Origin: Octopus sinensis
Taxonomy: Eukaryota
Direction: 5' to 3'
NCBI RefSeq assembly: GCF_006345805.1
Contig: NC_042997.1
Location: 119,412,001-119,476,000 of the forward strand
Length of the DNA: 64,000 nucleotides
A program made the position numbers and the translations under genes. Position 1 is the stretch's first letter. Each line of letters opens with the position of its first letter. The notes under the pieces are model-generated. The model was not told where the DNA came from. It searched no databases and was given only the letters and a program-made list of their open reading frames with translations. Positions 1 to 14,205 of the stretch are shown piece by piece.

Positions 1-818
1 GAGGAAAACAGCTGGCAAACCGGTTTATAAAACCCCCGCGGAGCAGAAATTCTCGAAATATGTCATAACATTTTTCTTAAAAATTATTTTCAATTTCAAT
101 TTCTTCTATCACAGTCCTTTAGTCTCGTAATCCCACCATTAGACAACCATATCTGAAGAAACTTCTTTACTTCGTGTCCGTCAGCAATATTCCCAGGTTT
201 TTACTAGGATGCATCGGGTGCTCCACTTTTGTCTTCTGCTGTCTCCTCTCGAAGCCCAAAATATTCCGCTCATAGAAACCCCAAGGGGTTTTCATTAGAG
301 CAAACATCTATATCTGTCTAGGATCATCAATCAGAAACTCACAGAACCAAATCAACTGCACTGGAGAGAATTTCCTAAATTTGAGTGGTTATGCTCACAT
401 CGTCAACATATGATTAGATTCACAAGAATGATTAATCTATGGATGGTTTGTTCGGATAACTTGCATTATTAGAAATATATACATGTGTTTGTGTGTGTGT
501 GTGTTTGAATGTGTGTATAATACGTCTGTATATGTCTCCCTCCCTATCTATGCCTTAACCACTTTCTTACTTCCGGTCTCTTCAACATGCAAAGGGATTA
601 ATCTAGCAAATTTTTCTCCCCCTTTTTTTCCCTCTCTTCATTCCTTTTAGCAGAAAGCGAAGACTCGAAATGTGAAAGACCTCTTCCAATTATCAAGAGC
701 CTCAAACTAATACATCTTATTTGTTCTTCTTTCACCCGTATCTGTCTTTTGACTTTTCTTTACGCATAAGTTTGGGCCATATATATAAATATATGTGTGT
801 ATGTGTATGTATCAAGAA

Positions 819-822
819 ATAC

Positions 823-857
<35 letters not shown>

Positions 858-900
858 GAGAGACAGAGAGAGAGACAGAGAGAAAAAGAGGGAGAGAGAT
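819..900. repeat. (AG)n/(AGAC)n microsatellite
   Basis: Directly visible gagaga/gacagacaga tract; explains the RERERETDRQ ORF at 721-903. Confidence 0.95.
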
Positions 901-1285
901 TGAGGTGTATCAAATGATAGGCAGCATAAATATTTGATTCATGAAAATTATCTCCTCCTTTAGATGATATATCCTAACTGACACGCCATTCAAAACATGG
1001 GTGACAAGTATTTCTAGCTCTGTTGTATAACGAAACTATAGTATTAGTTAAGTGGAGTTACACAGAAAGAATTGTAACCAAAACTCAGCTGATGACATAT
1101 TTCATCATCGTCGTAATCATCATCTTCATCATCGTATTCGTAATCACCATTATCATCATCTATATGCAAGTATGTGTTTTTGTGTGGAAGAGTGTGTGTA
1201 AGTGTGTGTATGTGTGGGTTTGTATATATGCACGTATACACACATATATGCATAAATATATATATATATATATATATATATTATG

Positions 1286-1600
1286 TCTGCTACTATAGCG
1301 TCGGGCCGACCAAAGCCTTGTGAGTGGATTTGGTAGACGGAAACTGAAAGAAGCCTGTCGTATATATGTATATATGTATGAGTACGTGTGTTTGTGTATC
1401 TGTGTTTGTCCCACCAGCATCGCTCGACAACCGATGGTGGTGTGTGTACGTCCCTGTAACTTAGCGGTTCGGCAAAAGGGTCTGATAGAATAAGTACAAG
1501 ACTTCCAAAGAATAAGTCCTGGGGACGATTTGCTTGGCTAAATGGTGGTGCTCCAGCATGGCCGCAGTCAAATGACTGAAACAAGTAAAAAAAAAAAAAC
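1286..1600 (+). mobile_element. SINE family A (octopus-type SINE with internal TA/TG tract), 5'-truncated
   Basis: actatagcgtcgggccgaccaaagccttgtgagtggatttggtagacggaaactgaaagaag...gcatggccgcagtcaaatgactgaaacaagtaaaa; same sequence recurs at 8567, 14868/16022, 16452, 13110(-), 44805(-). Confidence 0.9.
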
Positions 1601-2239
1601 AAAGAGTATACATGCACGTGCATGGATTTGCTGGTGTGCTCGTATATATATCGACCTTTTGTATTACAAACGGCTGATGCAGAAAGCAGAAAAGCAGCAT
1701 GGAAAACAATGCGATAGATGCATTTGTCTGTAGATATATAATTTTATCACCTGAACAAACTACACGACTTGGCGATCTACAGTTTTATTCCCATTTTTTT
1801 TTCAAAATCTGTATCTGAATAAATATGCAATCATGCATTTAATCATATTTATAGCGATGCAGGCGTTTACTGGAATATTTTCTTACATATTTCTTTTTTT
1901 CAAAATTTCCATTCCAGTTCTTATTTATTTCACTTATTTCATTTTACCCTCACCATTTCACACACTCTGTTACAAACGTTTCACACTGCCTAAGAACCAT
2001 TTGTTCTTATCGCTTCCCCACAGATATATTTTAATATATAAATCACTTGCCGTACCTCCTCTCCTCTCTAACGAGTGATACTTAAGATATATACTCCATT
2101 TTATTTTCGTCAACACTTTTCCCTATTTTCTCGCATACATATCCATATTAATGGCATTTTACCACCGTTCTTATATATAGATATATGAATTATGTATTAT
2201 ATATGTATATGTATATTATAAAATATACATGTATGTAAT

Positions 2240-2301
<62 letters not shown>

Positions 2302-3027
2302 GCATGCATCTATACATGTGTACACACACATGCATACACACACAAACACACACATACATGTATAAGCACGTATACCCACTTATCTTTGAGAATAGAAGTT
2401 ATAAACAGCGTTAATGCCTAAATGCTTATTTGCACATAAAAATCTTGATTTTTCATATCTTCGCATACATTTTGATATGTATCCCAAAATACAATGTAAA
2501 TCAAATAATAACTTGAAACAATACCTTAGTTAAGAGGTTCTCTATGATATTCTGTGATTTTAATTTCAGCCCTATTGCTCAGCACCTTGGTACTTTGTGT
2601 TCTCTTTCCTGGGCTTCACCAACAGATCACTGGTAAAATTTGATAGGTAATCTTTGTATACAAAATCCCGCCATATGTGCGTGGGGTTTCATTCTTGTCT
2701 GTTGCATTCGTGTCTTTTGAATCGTATACTTCTTTAAGTCTACAGTGGTTCGATAAATACATATTGACAAAACAAGAAATGGAGTTAAAATGAACAATGT
2801 TTACTAAGTAACCGGCTAAACCACTGAACGGTAAGATAATACAGTATCAGCTTTTCCGTTATAATTTATTTTACATTGACGAACTGAGATCGGTAATTAT
2901 TCGCTTCACGTTGAAAAAGCAGAAATGTATGTATAAACATATACATGTACAAATGATCATACATACACATAGAGGCACATATGCACAAACACACACACAT
3001 TTGTATACACACATTTGTATACATACA

Positions 3028-3243
3028 CGAGGGATGCTAAATAGTTCCTGGTTTTAGGGGTATCATGAAAGGCCTGACTGGCAGCCCAAACCTGCCAATT
3101 CTTTTACAGGCCTTAAGAAAATGAAGTTCTGCTGAAATAAGAGTGTAAATCTGAGAGAAGAATATATTGAATAAAATCATAATTAACTGATCTTCTTGTG
3201 TTTCCTTTTTGCCGAAAGCCAGGCACTTTCATCAGACCCTTCT
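3028..3243. mobile_element. Probable mariner-derived MITE
   Basis: Degenerate terminal inverted repeats cgagggatgctaaatagttcctggtttt (3028-3055) and aaagccaggcactttcatcagacccttcta (3215-3244), resembling mariner-type TIRs; no ORF between. Confidence 0.5.
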
Positions 3244-4229
3244 ATGCAAAGAGATTGATATGAAACAATAAACACGAATGGCGTTTAAATTGGATTTGGT
3301 GCTTGCATATCGTGAACTCTGTGTTGAAACCTAGCCATTTCCGGGTATCTTACGTGCTAATAAGCCATGATTCTAAAGAGATCCATGTAACGAATTTCCT
3401 CTCTTGCGCACATACACATACACACACTCACACACATATACATGCACTCATATACACATATATATATACATAGGGTTGTTTGTATATAGGAGTGTGTGTG
3501 TGTGTGTGTGCATCTGTGTGCGTATAAATGCGTACAATCTCTCTTTCTAACACGCTATCTTGACAACACATCTATTTCAAAAATGATTTTTTTCATATTT
3601 CTTTTTTAGGTTATACCTAATCTTTAGAAGTATAATATTTTGAAATCGCTTTCAATTATGTTTCCAGAGTATTACAAATCTCTACCTGGTAGCTCCGTCA
3701 TTAGTAAATGACAATTAAACTAAGGTCATGCACTATCGGATCCCAGAATGGGTAAGTATGTTAGAACACAACGTGGCAGGCTATCATCTTAAGCACATGA
3801 TTGGGAAGTGCATGCAACGACGGGATAAAACTGCTGACCAACATTGGTTTGTACAAAGACTAGGACATGGATGGCAGAAAATTTATGATTTGGAAGTGTA
3901 GGAAGGAGAAACTAAAAATGTGAATATTTTGCAGCTCATTTTAACTGCAAAACATCAATAATATTGTTCATTCTATTCACACATGACTTTCACAGGGATA
4001 ATATGATTGTAGTCTGATACTGCAAAGCAAACATTCTATAACACATAACGCAATAAATTCTTATAAAAATATACGATGTAGTACACACTGATTATGAAAG
4101 CCATAGACTGTGTGTCCCTAGAATGAGTTGTGATAGGGATACACTAACCCTCGAAAATCATTTTCATACCCTGATCCCGACGTACAAGGCATAATGTTTC
4201 CAATGACATCTTGTTAATTGTTGTTTTAT

Positions 4230-5337
4230 ATATGCGAAACAAGAAACTGAATTAGATATCTAACATTTAAAGTAAAATCTTAATCCAGCATCAACAACGC
4301 ACCGTCGTATGATATATCCGTCCAACATGACTAATGGTACAACTATGTCTTTGCCAAAAAACAGTACACCTGGGTATTGATAGAAAAACAGAAGACTATA
4401 AACAGTATACCGACGTCACCACCCCAAAGCAGACTGAATATACTTACCCCACTCAGAAGGAAACCGTAGCTCAACACCGATAACTTCTATAAAATAACAA
4501 CCGTTGGGTTACAAAAGTGTTTAGAATCAAAAAGTGAAAGTCTACTTCATAACGTAAGATTAGTAACAGATGACATCATTGCAGAAATGGTCGAAGAAGC
4601 AAAAATCAAAAGGAAAGCAGAACTACAAAATATACTAAAGAATAAATGAAGAGAAAATTCACTCCACGGCCAATACTCTGCAAGGCTTGATAGAAACGAA
4701 ATGAGCCTCAATAAAATTCAACAATGGCTGAAAAGCTCTGGACTAGAAGCTGAAACGCAAGGCCTGATTCTGGCAGCACAATACCACAAAAAACTATAAA
4801 ATAAAACTAATGAAAAAAAAAGGTCCTGATGCCAAATGCAGAATGTCCAACCTCCACACTGTCCACACTGAGACATTTGACCACATTATCTCTGGCTGTC
4901 AGCCCTTGCAAAATCTGAATACATACACACACATGCCGAGAATGTAGGCATATTCACTAGACAATATGTCAAAACTGCTACATAAAATCTAGCAAGAAAT
5001 GGTATAAACATATGCCAAACAAGGTACATAACATCGACCAGGGTATACCTGGTGAAACTAACAAAAAAATTGCCTAGACATAATAATCAAGGATTAAAAA
5101 ACACATCACCTGCTTATTGTTAGGCATTGCAGTCGCTTCTGCCTTAAAAGAAGTGGATAAATTGTCAAAGTACAAAGACTTCGAAATTTAAGTATTCAAG
5201 ACGTAGGTTATGAAGGTGAAAACAATACCAGTAATAATTAGAAAACTGGTTATGATAAAAAAAAAAAAAACATATGAGCAAAAATGTAGAAGCTTTACTT
5301 GGACTCTTAATACTACACGCTATCTAAAAATAGTCCT
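4230..5337 (+). mobile_element. Degraded R4-clade non-LTR retrotransposon fragment (RT thumb to RLE endonuclease)
   Basis: Frameshifted translations: HHPKAD, YKITTVGLQKCL, LHGQYSARLDRNEM..IQQWLKSSGLEAETQGLILAAQ, CRM..ETFDHIISGCQ, PDIII, LSKYKDFEI; homologous to the ORF at 59323-60030. Confidence 0.8.
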
Positions 5338-5922
5338 GGCTAAGAAGGAATATATCCACAGACATGATAGATTTGTGACCTATGTGCATTTGTAGTTATG
5401 CCAACACTATGGGGATGACAACAGAGAAAAGCTCTCAGAAAATGACAAAGCAACCATAGTCTGGGATATGGCAATACACACAAATAGAGAAATCAATGAT
5501 AAAAGACCAGATATAGGTGTGAGAGATCATCAAGAAAAACAAATGCCGTCCAATCGATGTACCAATGCCAACAGATGACAGTGTATCTTTAAAAGAAGCG
5601 GAGAAACTCTCGAAATACAAAGATCTGGAAATAGAGATAACCCAAATGTGGGGCCTGAAAACAGAAACAACCCCTATAATAATAGGTGCAGTAAGTATGA
5701 TTAAAAAAAAACATTCAGATAAATAGATAGCCAAAACACCAGGACGAAGGAAAATATATAACAGAAAATATAATACTACTAGGCAACATATATCTCATTT
5801 GTGAAGCACTTTTAAAACAGTGAAAATAACAGCAACCAACAAACCACGGCACATATCCTAGACACACAGAGCTGCGTCGATACTTTAGTAAAAGCACGTG
5901 TTAAAAATAATCTTGCGGAACA
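5333..5922 (+). mobile_element. 5'-truncated copy of the R4/Dong family found at 58826-62737
   Basis: VLAKKEYIHRHDRFVTY, ATIVWDMAIHTNREINDKRPDIGVRDH, LSKYKDLEIEITQMWGLKTETTPIIIGA and 3' UTR cacacagagctgcg...aaagcacg..taaaaataa match the 58.8-59.4 kb element at DNA level; followed by (GAT)n. Confidence 0.85.
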
Positions 5923-8566
5923 ATGAGGGGGATGATGATGATGATAAACTACGTCTTCGCAAATTCACATACAACGCTCAACAGGCTTTTACAATCTTGT
6001 ATTACATCCAACACTTTATGGACCCTCCCACATGCTCATACATACAAATGGAAAAACAGGCCGCTGAATTGCATCGTAAGATACTCAGTATTTCTAATTG
6101 GATGCTGTATAACCTTGGCCAATAAATTACATTATTAATGCGGTATTGCAAGGAAAACTTTACGCACGCAAACGTAACATGGAGAGAAAAAAATGTTGTT
6201 TCCGCCCATGAGATTGATAATTAAACTAATGGTGGTTTGACTGTTATGCTACTACAGTTGATGTGCATCATGCTAAATCCATAAGCCAAAGTTATTTTAG
6301 CAGCAACGATTGTAAGTAATAAAATCGTAATCAAAATTCAGAAATGAAACCTTTACGAGAATACATTTATAATCACTACAGAGCATAAATAAACCAATTG
6401 GTATTAGGAAATTTGGAGGATTGTTAGAGTATTGACAAAATAGTTTTCAGGTATGGGTCTCTTTACTCTCTCGATAATCCGCTCAAAATAATCCAACGTA
6501 TTTTTCCCTTTATAATCTGGAGACAATAATGTAAAGTAACACGGTCGACATAATTGAAATCCATGTTCGCCAAAAGAAAACAGTCGTTGTTCGATGCAAT
6601 CGAACTTAGTATATAGTTCGGAGTTTACCTGTTGGGATGAAATGCAAAAATGGTGTGGTGTTTCGAACTCAGAACGTAAAAAGTAGAAACAAATTTAGCA
6701 AGATATAGTTTGCTGATTGTTTCTAAAAGAAGCTCAAGACTCGGGATACTTTTCGTGAGGAAGGCGGCGAACTGGCAGTAACGCGCGCACGCTTCCGGTG
6801 TTTGTAAGTCATTTTTAATGTAATTTTCAAAATGTTTAGCCCCCTGTGAGCAATAAAGAAATAAATAAATACTTTTCGAGGGGATCATGTCACTCGATAG
6901 ATTCGCCCCCGCCCTATATTTGGCGTCTATATTCCCAACCTGGAAGTGATGAATGATAAGGTGGGACACGACGTGATTTGAAATCTAGACGTACTTCGCC
7001 TCAAGAAATAACAATGTATTTTGCCTGGCGCTCTCAAGATTCTACGAAACAAAATCTTACGCAAGTAAAAGTACAAAGGAAAATGAAAATATGTATCAAA
7101 TATTCGAGAAGAGTAAATTCGATTATATCGACCCGCCTACTTGAATAATATTTGACCTACAGAGGTTGATATGTAAAATTACTTCGGCATAATTTGAACG
7201 CATAACAGCAACAGACAGTCTGTCCAAAATTTGAATGATCTGCCCACCCACGTAATAATACTATGCGTAATTATGATGTGTAGTCGTTGTAGTACAAGTC
7301 CGGTTAATAATCATGAAAATAATTCGTATTAAAACCCGTCTTAATTAACCTCATAGAAATCCATGCATGATTTATATGAGATGTTTGTCTGTGTCTTCGT
7401 GTGTATTCATTCTATGAATGTGTGAAAGAATTTTATAAAAAAACATGTTTCTGAAATTTTTAATTCACTCATCTAAGACATGAGTACATCACTCTAAGTG
7501 ACCTTGTCAGTGATCTTAAAAAATATTCTAGAACAAAAGTATCATTGAACGGTTCGTCAGTATATTGACAGAGAGAGTTATTGAATGCACATTGAATGAG
7601 GTGAACTCCTCTCAACGTTCAGCAATATTTTCTGTCATAAATCTTTCTTCCAATTTTGATTTGAAAAAGGTGGTGTGGAGGTGACATCGAAATTTCAAAT
7701 CTAATTTTGCTCTAATTATTAAAATTCCAATAAAGATTGCTTCAATTTCAGATTTAATTAAAATTTATCTCCCTTATCGATTGCGCCTCACAAATGCAGT
7801 GATAAATTATTTTTAGATATTCTCACAGTTTCTTAAAACTGTTGTTTTAAATGGAATAATTGGGGGTCATATGTTAAAAGTACCTGAGGATTTACAATTT
7901 CTCAATTTGACTTTTTTGTGACAACTTGTTTTTTTTTTTACTTCACCTACATAATTTATAATAATTTCAGCAATATTGAATTGATTTCCATTCCCGGGTA
8001 TTCCTATTTCGAATATTTATTTTAAATTAACACACTTTTCTCGTTTATTGTTTATTATATTTGTGATGTTAATGAAGACACTACGCTGTGCATCAAACTC
8101 CATGAAGGATATGTAGGAGATGTAATAGATGGTACAGCAACACGCAATGTTTTAACATTTTTCCTCTTATAAAAAAAAAAAAAAAAAAAAAACACATTGC
8201 TATATCGTAATTTGCTATAAGAAATCCTTTCACAATTTTCTCCTATTCGTACTAAAGTAGTTAAGATAGTATGCATTTTGAAATAAGCCTTCATTAACCT
8301 TTTCATAATTTTTTATCTTAAAATTCCGTCTGCCAGTCTACTCCTCTCACGTCTTTTTCCTGTTGGATGCTAACATTATTATCTATAATTTTCAATACAT
8401 TTGGCACATACAGCGTATTTATCATTTATGAAACAACTTTTCCAAAATACTGCAAAATACATATAAAACATCCGATGAAATAATTGTTTGTAATGCTAAA
8501 TTATAAGGTAATTACGCGCTCTTTATAATATTTATTTATATTTTTGATTAGTATAACAGTATAATA

Positions 8567-8985
8567 GGCACAGGAGTGGATGTGCGGTAAGTAGCTTGTT
8601 TACCAACCACATGTTTCCGGGTTCAGTCCCACTGCGTGGCACCTTGGGCAAGTGACTTCTACTATAGCCTCGGGCCGACCAAAGCCTTGTGAGTGGATTT
8701 GGTAGACGGAAACTGAAAGAATCCCGTCGTATATATGTATATATATATATATATATGTGTGTGTGTATGGTTCTGTGTCTGTGTTTGTCCCCCTAGCATT
8801 GCTTGACAACCGATGCTGGTGTGTTTATGTCCCCGTTACTTAGCGGTTCAGCAAAACAGACCGATAAAATAAGTACTGGGCTTACAAAAGAATAAGTCCC
8901 GGGGTCGAGTTGCTCGATTAAAGGCGGTGCTCCAGCATGGCCGCAGTCAAATGACTGAAACAAGTAAAAGAGTGTAAAAGAGTAT
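8567..8985 (+). mobile_element. SINE family A, full length
   Basis: tRNA-like head (ggagtggatgtgcggtaag...ccgggttcagtccc), internal (TA)n, tail gcatggccgcagtcaaatgactgaaacaagtaaaaga. Confidence 0.9.
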
Positions 8986-9286
8986 AACAAAGTACAGAAC
9001 ATTTACTCATGACTCCATTATAATTAATAACAATTGTCAGCAACATACTTTCTCATACAAATGTAAATGGCTTATATCGGTAAAACATTTCGTCCAGTAT
9101 TACGTTCAACGTATTTCTAAAAAGCCGGTCAAGTAATATCTGTGCCATTAAAGATACATGAATATGAAGCAACTTACAAAAAATAGACAACAGAGTAAAC
9201 AGTAAAATAAGTTTCCAAGATTATTATTAGTTATCAGTCAAACACATATATTTACAATCATATGAAGACAAAATCGTCTGAAACTG

Positions 9287-9485
9287 AAGGCGGCGAGCTG
9301 GCAGAAACGTTACCACGCCGGGCGAACTGTTTAGCGGTATTCCGTCTGCCGTTACGTTCTGAGTTCAAATTCCACCGAGGTCGATAAATTAAGTACCAGT
9401 TACGCACTGGAGTCGATGTAATCGACTTAATCCGTGTGTCTGTCCTTGTTTGTCCCCTGTATGTTTAGCTCCTTGTTGGTAATAT
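9287..9485 (+). mobile_element. SINE family B
   Basis: gaaggcggcgagctggcagaaacgtt...ttacgttctgagttcaaattccaccgaggtcga...; related pieces at 10100-10345, ~40370-40590 and 43900-43998(-). Confidence 0.8.
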
Positions 9486-9631
9486 ATAATTGAGAAACGT
9501 TGGAAAGCAAGACAAATTACTTAGTGGTATTTCATCGTATTTCAAGGTCTGAGACCGTTCTTTGCCTTTCGGCTTGTGAAGAGTGTCAATCAGTTTCCTA
9601 TCTATACATTTACTATTCAAACTCATTGTAA

Positions 9632-9947
9632 AGGCACCTGGCTTAGTTGATAGGGCATTCGCCTAACGATTGTAAGGTCGTGAGTTCAATTCCCAGCGAC
9701 GCGCTGCGTCCTTCAGCAAGGTACTTTATTTCACATTGCTCCAGTCCACTCAGCTGACAAAAATGAACTGTATCTGTATTTCAAAGGGCTGGGCTAGTCA
9801 CACTCTGCGTCAATTGAATCTCCCTGAGAACTACGTTAGGGTTACGCGTGACTGTGGAATGCTCGGACACTTGCACGTTAATTTCACGAGCAGGCTGTAC
9901 CGTTGATCGTATCAGCTGGGACCATCGTCGTGACCGACGGAGTGCTC
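9632..9947 (+). mobile_element. SINE family C with 19-bp target-site duplication
   Basis: tRNA-like head tggcttagttgatagggc...gtgagttcaattccc; flanked by identical ctattcaaactcattgtaa at 9613-9631 and 9948-9966. Confidence 0.9.
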
Positions 9948-10099
9948 CTATTCAAACTCATTGTAATTTAAAATAGACAGGTACTGTTATAGTGTCCTTT
10001 TCGAATAAATTTTTGTTATCTATTCAGAATTATCTAATCAGTAGTTGACACACGAAAATCATGGTATACTTCATCATTATACAACTATCAGCAATATAA

Positions 10100-10345
10100 G
10101 CGAAATACTTAGCAGTATTTCGTCTACCGTTACGTTCTGAGTTCAAATTCCACTGAGGTCACCTTTGCCTTTCATCCTTTCGGGGCTGATAAATTAAGTA
10201 CCAGTTATGCACTGGGGTCGATCTAATCGACTTAATCTCTTTATCTGTCCTTGCATGTCCCCTCTATGTTTAGCCCCTTGTGGGCAATAAAGAAATAAGA
10301 ATCGTTAGCACGCCGGTAAAAATGCTTAACGGCATTTCATCTGTG
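10100..10345 (+). mobile_element. SINE family B (partial, with second partial head)
   Basis: Aligns by eye to 9287-9485 (ttacgttctgagttcaaattccac, gataaattaagtaccagtt, tgtttagccccttgtgg). Confidence 0.75.
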
Positions 10346-11212
10346 TTTACATCTCTTTTGCCTTTCACTCTTTCGAGATCATTAGATAAAAGCAAAGTGA
10401 GAACTGGGGCTAATGTAATGGGCTTAACTCCTCACACGGAATTGCCGGCCTTGTGCCAAAATTTGAAGCCAATATAAGATGCTGTTATACCTCTTATGCA
10501 TAACAATATTAATTTTTCTACAATGAACTACAATTCAAGTGTACTTGAATGGTTACATATACAATCTTTTGAATTTATTTATTGTTGTATTCTATAATTT
10601 GATTACAAGAGAGATTTATGAAGATAATTATCTAATAAAAATTTAAATTTTATATATTTTTCCCAATCCGAAAACTGGTAAATTTAAAAGTCCTCTTAGC
10701 GAACTCCATCATTTCAAGAAATACGTATAAGTAGCTGCAAAACAGCGAATACTAAATTGAAATATTCTTTTGCCTAATACATATTAAAAAGATACATATT
10801 CCAAGATAAATATACCATATATTAACATATAGATTAAAATGTAATTTTTTAATAATCTACTTTGGAAAATACGTAATCAATGTTTATGCCTTCATTAAAA
10901 ATGGAAAAGAAAAATTGAAGTATAAGTCAACCAATATCAAGTGAATCCCGAGGCAACCAGAGAAGAAAATTGTTTCCATATGTTAAGGAGAAAACAAGAG
11001 CATAGAAACACACACACAAATATATGTTTAAAACAACCTTTCATTATATAATAAACTCTATTAAATGTTAACAAAGTCTTAAGACTACTACCTATGTGAC
11101 AATAAATTTTCCTTAAGCAATTCAGGAAACAAGTGTTACCATAGAAAATTTAAAATTAATATTTAAATAATTAGAAAATTAATATATTATCTATTTATTG
11201 GGAAACCTAGTG

Positions 11213-11520
11213 AAGGTGCGTGACTTCGCGGTTAGGGTATTCGGCTCGCGATCATAAGGTTGTGAGTTCAATTCTATGCAACGCGCTGTCTCCTTGAGCA
11301 AGGTATTTTTTCACGTTGCTCCAGTTTACTCAACTGACAAAAATGAGCAGTACCTGTATTTCAAAGTCCATCCTTGTCACGCTGACTCTCTCTGTCAACT
11401 AAGTTAAGGGTACGCGTGTCCTGCGGTGTGTTCAGCCACTTGCATGTTAATTTCACAAGCAGTTTGCTTCATTGATCGGATTAACTGGAACCCCCATCGT
11501 CGTAACCGATGGTTTGCCAG
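11213..11520 (+). mobile_element. SINE family C
   Basis: Colinear with 9632-9947 (gtgagttcaattc, ccttgagcaagg, ttaatttcacaagcag, catcgtcgtaaccga). Confidence 0.8.
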
Positions 11521-11589
11521 TAGTAGGATTGGGAAAAAAGTACTATTTCAGCGTGTTATTGGTTTTATGATATACATACATGCATGCTA

Positions 11590-11633
<44 letters not shown>

Positions 11634-12063
11634 TCAGAGGGATATAACTTTCTCCCTGTCTCTGTTTTTATTCATATTGATTAGCAGATCGAAACTTCGA
11701 AGTTACTGTCACCCTTATAATTGCATAAGTATAATGTATATGCAATCCAACAAAAGGTTTGAGTAATTATTCAGTTTGATGTTAAATTGTTTTTCTTATA
11801 AAACGACATAAAAACATGATTGTTTACAATCAGCATAAGCTAGAATTTTCAGAACCCCCATCCCAAATAACTCGCATATTACGAATGTATATATTTGCAA
11901 GAATTTCCATAAGTTAAAAATGTGGGATTGTTTTCATCTGCATCCTCTTATCTCTGAGGAAGTTAATTAATGAAAAACGGAAGAGAAAATGTACAAGTAC
12001 AATCACACATATATAAAAATCGCATGCATACACATAAACATACATATACATATATGTATGTAC

Positions 12064-12130
<67 letters not shown>

Positions 12131-12146
12131 ATGTATATATAGTATA

Positions 12147-12221
<75 letters not shown>

Positions 12222-12770
12222 ATGTATATATATATATGTACGTATGCATATAGTAGAATCGAATAGATGAATATAACAAGGAAGAAAAGGACGTGCAGAT
12301 GGGATATATTAGTTTGGCGCTTGGTAAACATCGAGAGTTTTTGATGTTTTGAATATAGCTCCTGTTCGAAAAGGAAAACGGAAACGTCCAAAGAAAGCAA
12401 CCCCCACCCAAAAATATCATCAAATGCACGTGTGTAGTTGCATCTATATACAATAAATACAAAGAATACAAATAAATCTAGTAAATGCTTAGGCAGAGAA
12501 AAAATAAAATGCCCAATGATAAACATCTGTATAAGTACGAATGTTGTATATACATGCATCATGCATAAAAGGGAAACAACGTTTACAGAGGGAAGCGGCT
12601 GATTCATTCAAGAATCTTTATCGCAATCATGCCGTCAGCTTCAAGAACATGAAGATGTATTCGACATGTTTGGCTGATTTTGTGTAGCGACTACAGGAGG
12701 ATAAAATTAATTATGATATTACTTGGTGCATAATAAGGCATGAACAACCGTATTATATCTTTCCCAATAG

Positions 12771-12863
12771 ATGAAGACTCTGCTTCGAGGAAGCCCTGAC
12801 TGTTTGTGGATCAATGGAATGATCATTAATAGATTCTCTGAAAGACCGTCAAGATGCTTACAT
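12771..12863 (+). other. Candidate 93-nt internal exon of an unidentified host gene
   Basis: tatctttcccaatag| ... cat|gtaagt splice signals; one frame open (MKTLLRGSPDCLWINGMIINRFSERPSRCLH); peptide not recognised. Confidence 0.2.
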
Positions 12864-13083
12864 GTAAGTAATGCAATGGGAAAGAATTTGAGTAATGTAA
12901 TATCCGTACGATGAATTAACTGTAACCTCCCCATTTTTATAAATAAAATGTATCTATTTAATTAGTTATGTCACCATATGTGCACCAAACTACACGTGTG
13001 CGTATGCTTATATCTCCGCATAAGGTTGTACGAGTTCTTATACATTTTAGGCCTAATATTACGGGAACATATACACACACACA

Positions 13084-13109
<26 letters not shown>

Positions 13110-13121
<12 letters not shown>

Positions 13122-13275
13122 CGATAGGCTTCTTTTAGTTTCAGTCTACCAAATCCACTCACAAGGCTTGGGTTGACCCGAGGCTATAATAGAAGACACA
13201 TGCCCAAGTTGCCTCGACGTAGTACCGAACCGGGAACCATGTGTTTCGGAAGCAAGCTTTTTACCCCAAAACCAC
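13110..13275 (-). mobile_element. SINE family A 5' half
   Basis: Reverse complement of the head (ttcttttagtttcagtctaccaaatccactcacaaggc...aagcttttta) next to (TA)n. Confidence 0.8.
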
Positions 13276-13995
13276 GCTTCAAAAGAAACAATCAGTGAAA
13301 TTAAAGCGACGCAAACGTCGGTCGCGAAAAGTTTTCGCCAATGTTTCGACCTTCAAATTGTGATTCCCTGATAAAGACGAAACTTACAAAGCGCTTAAAA
13401 AGCCAATGTCAGCATCAAATTTTCGTTATTGAACAAGGTGGAAAATATTACATTAACATTTACCAAACGATACTACGGAATCATTAGGATATGTTAGGTT
13501 AATGATTGCTGTCTACGCCAATGTAATTATTCTCTAAATATACACAACATGTTCCTCACGTGATGTCTACTAATTTTAAATACACATTAGTATAATTCCA
13601 TTATAAAATAACAGCCATTTGCATGGAAAAAATTATACGTATATCAGATGGAAAAATACCACGATTTTTATAACAAGTTCAGGTGAAATTCTCCCTTAAA
13701 ATTCTCTGTATTGCAAGTAACTTGGAGTTAACAATACTGACTACTTTAAGATTTTTCTTAACTTGTGTTCATTCTGAATCAGCAATCTCACAGGAAGTTA
13801 GATGGTAGCACTAGACGTGATCTCTTTTACATACAATCTTTAACGGAGAGGGCTAAACACATCGTTATAGAATTTAGTTATATTCCTGCTGTGGCTACGA
13901 ATTTTTCTCGCAGTCGTTCGTGACAATACATTGAATGTCAGCGCTCTGCTTGAATATAGATAGTGTCAATCACCTTTTTTCGCAAATATCTTGAG

Positions 13996-14205
<210 letters not shown>

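Noticed and set aside
3610-3751. Plus-strand exon between tttttttag acceptor and gtaagt donor
   Set aside because: Stops in all three frames; cannot be supported as coding.
8567-8640. tRNA genes at SINE heads (also 9632, 11213, 18540-18605, 40834)
   Set aside because: A/B-box-like motifs are present but run into SINE bodies with no complete cloverleaf.
11914-12607. Long ORFs rich in IY/YI, HT/CV, poly-N/I/L (also 13938-14217, 23518-23879, 46246-46833, 58612-59001, 62439-63029)
   Set aside because: Translations of (TA)n, (CA)n and (AAT)n microsatellites, not genes.
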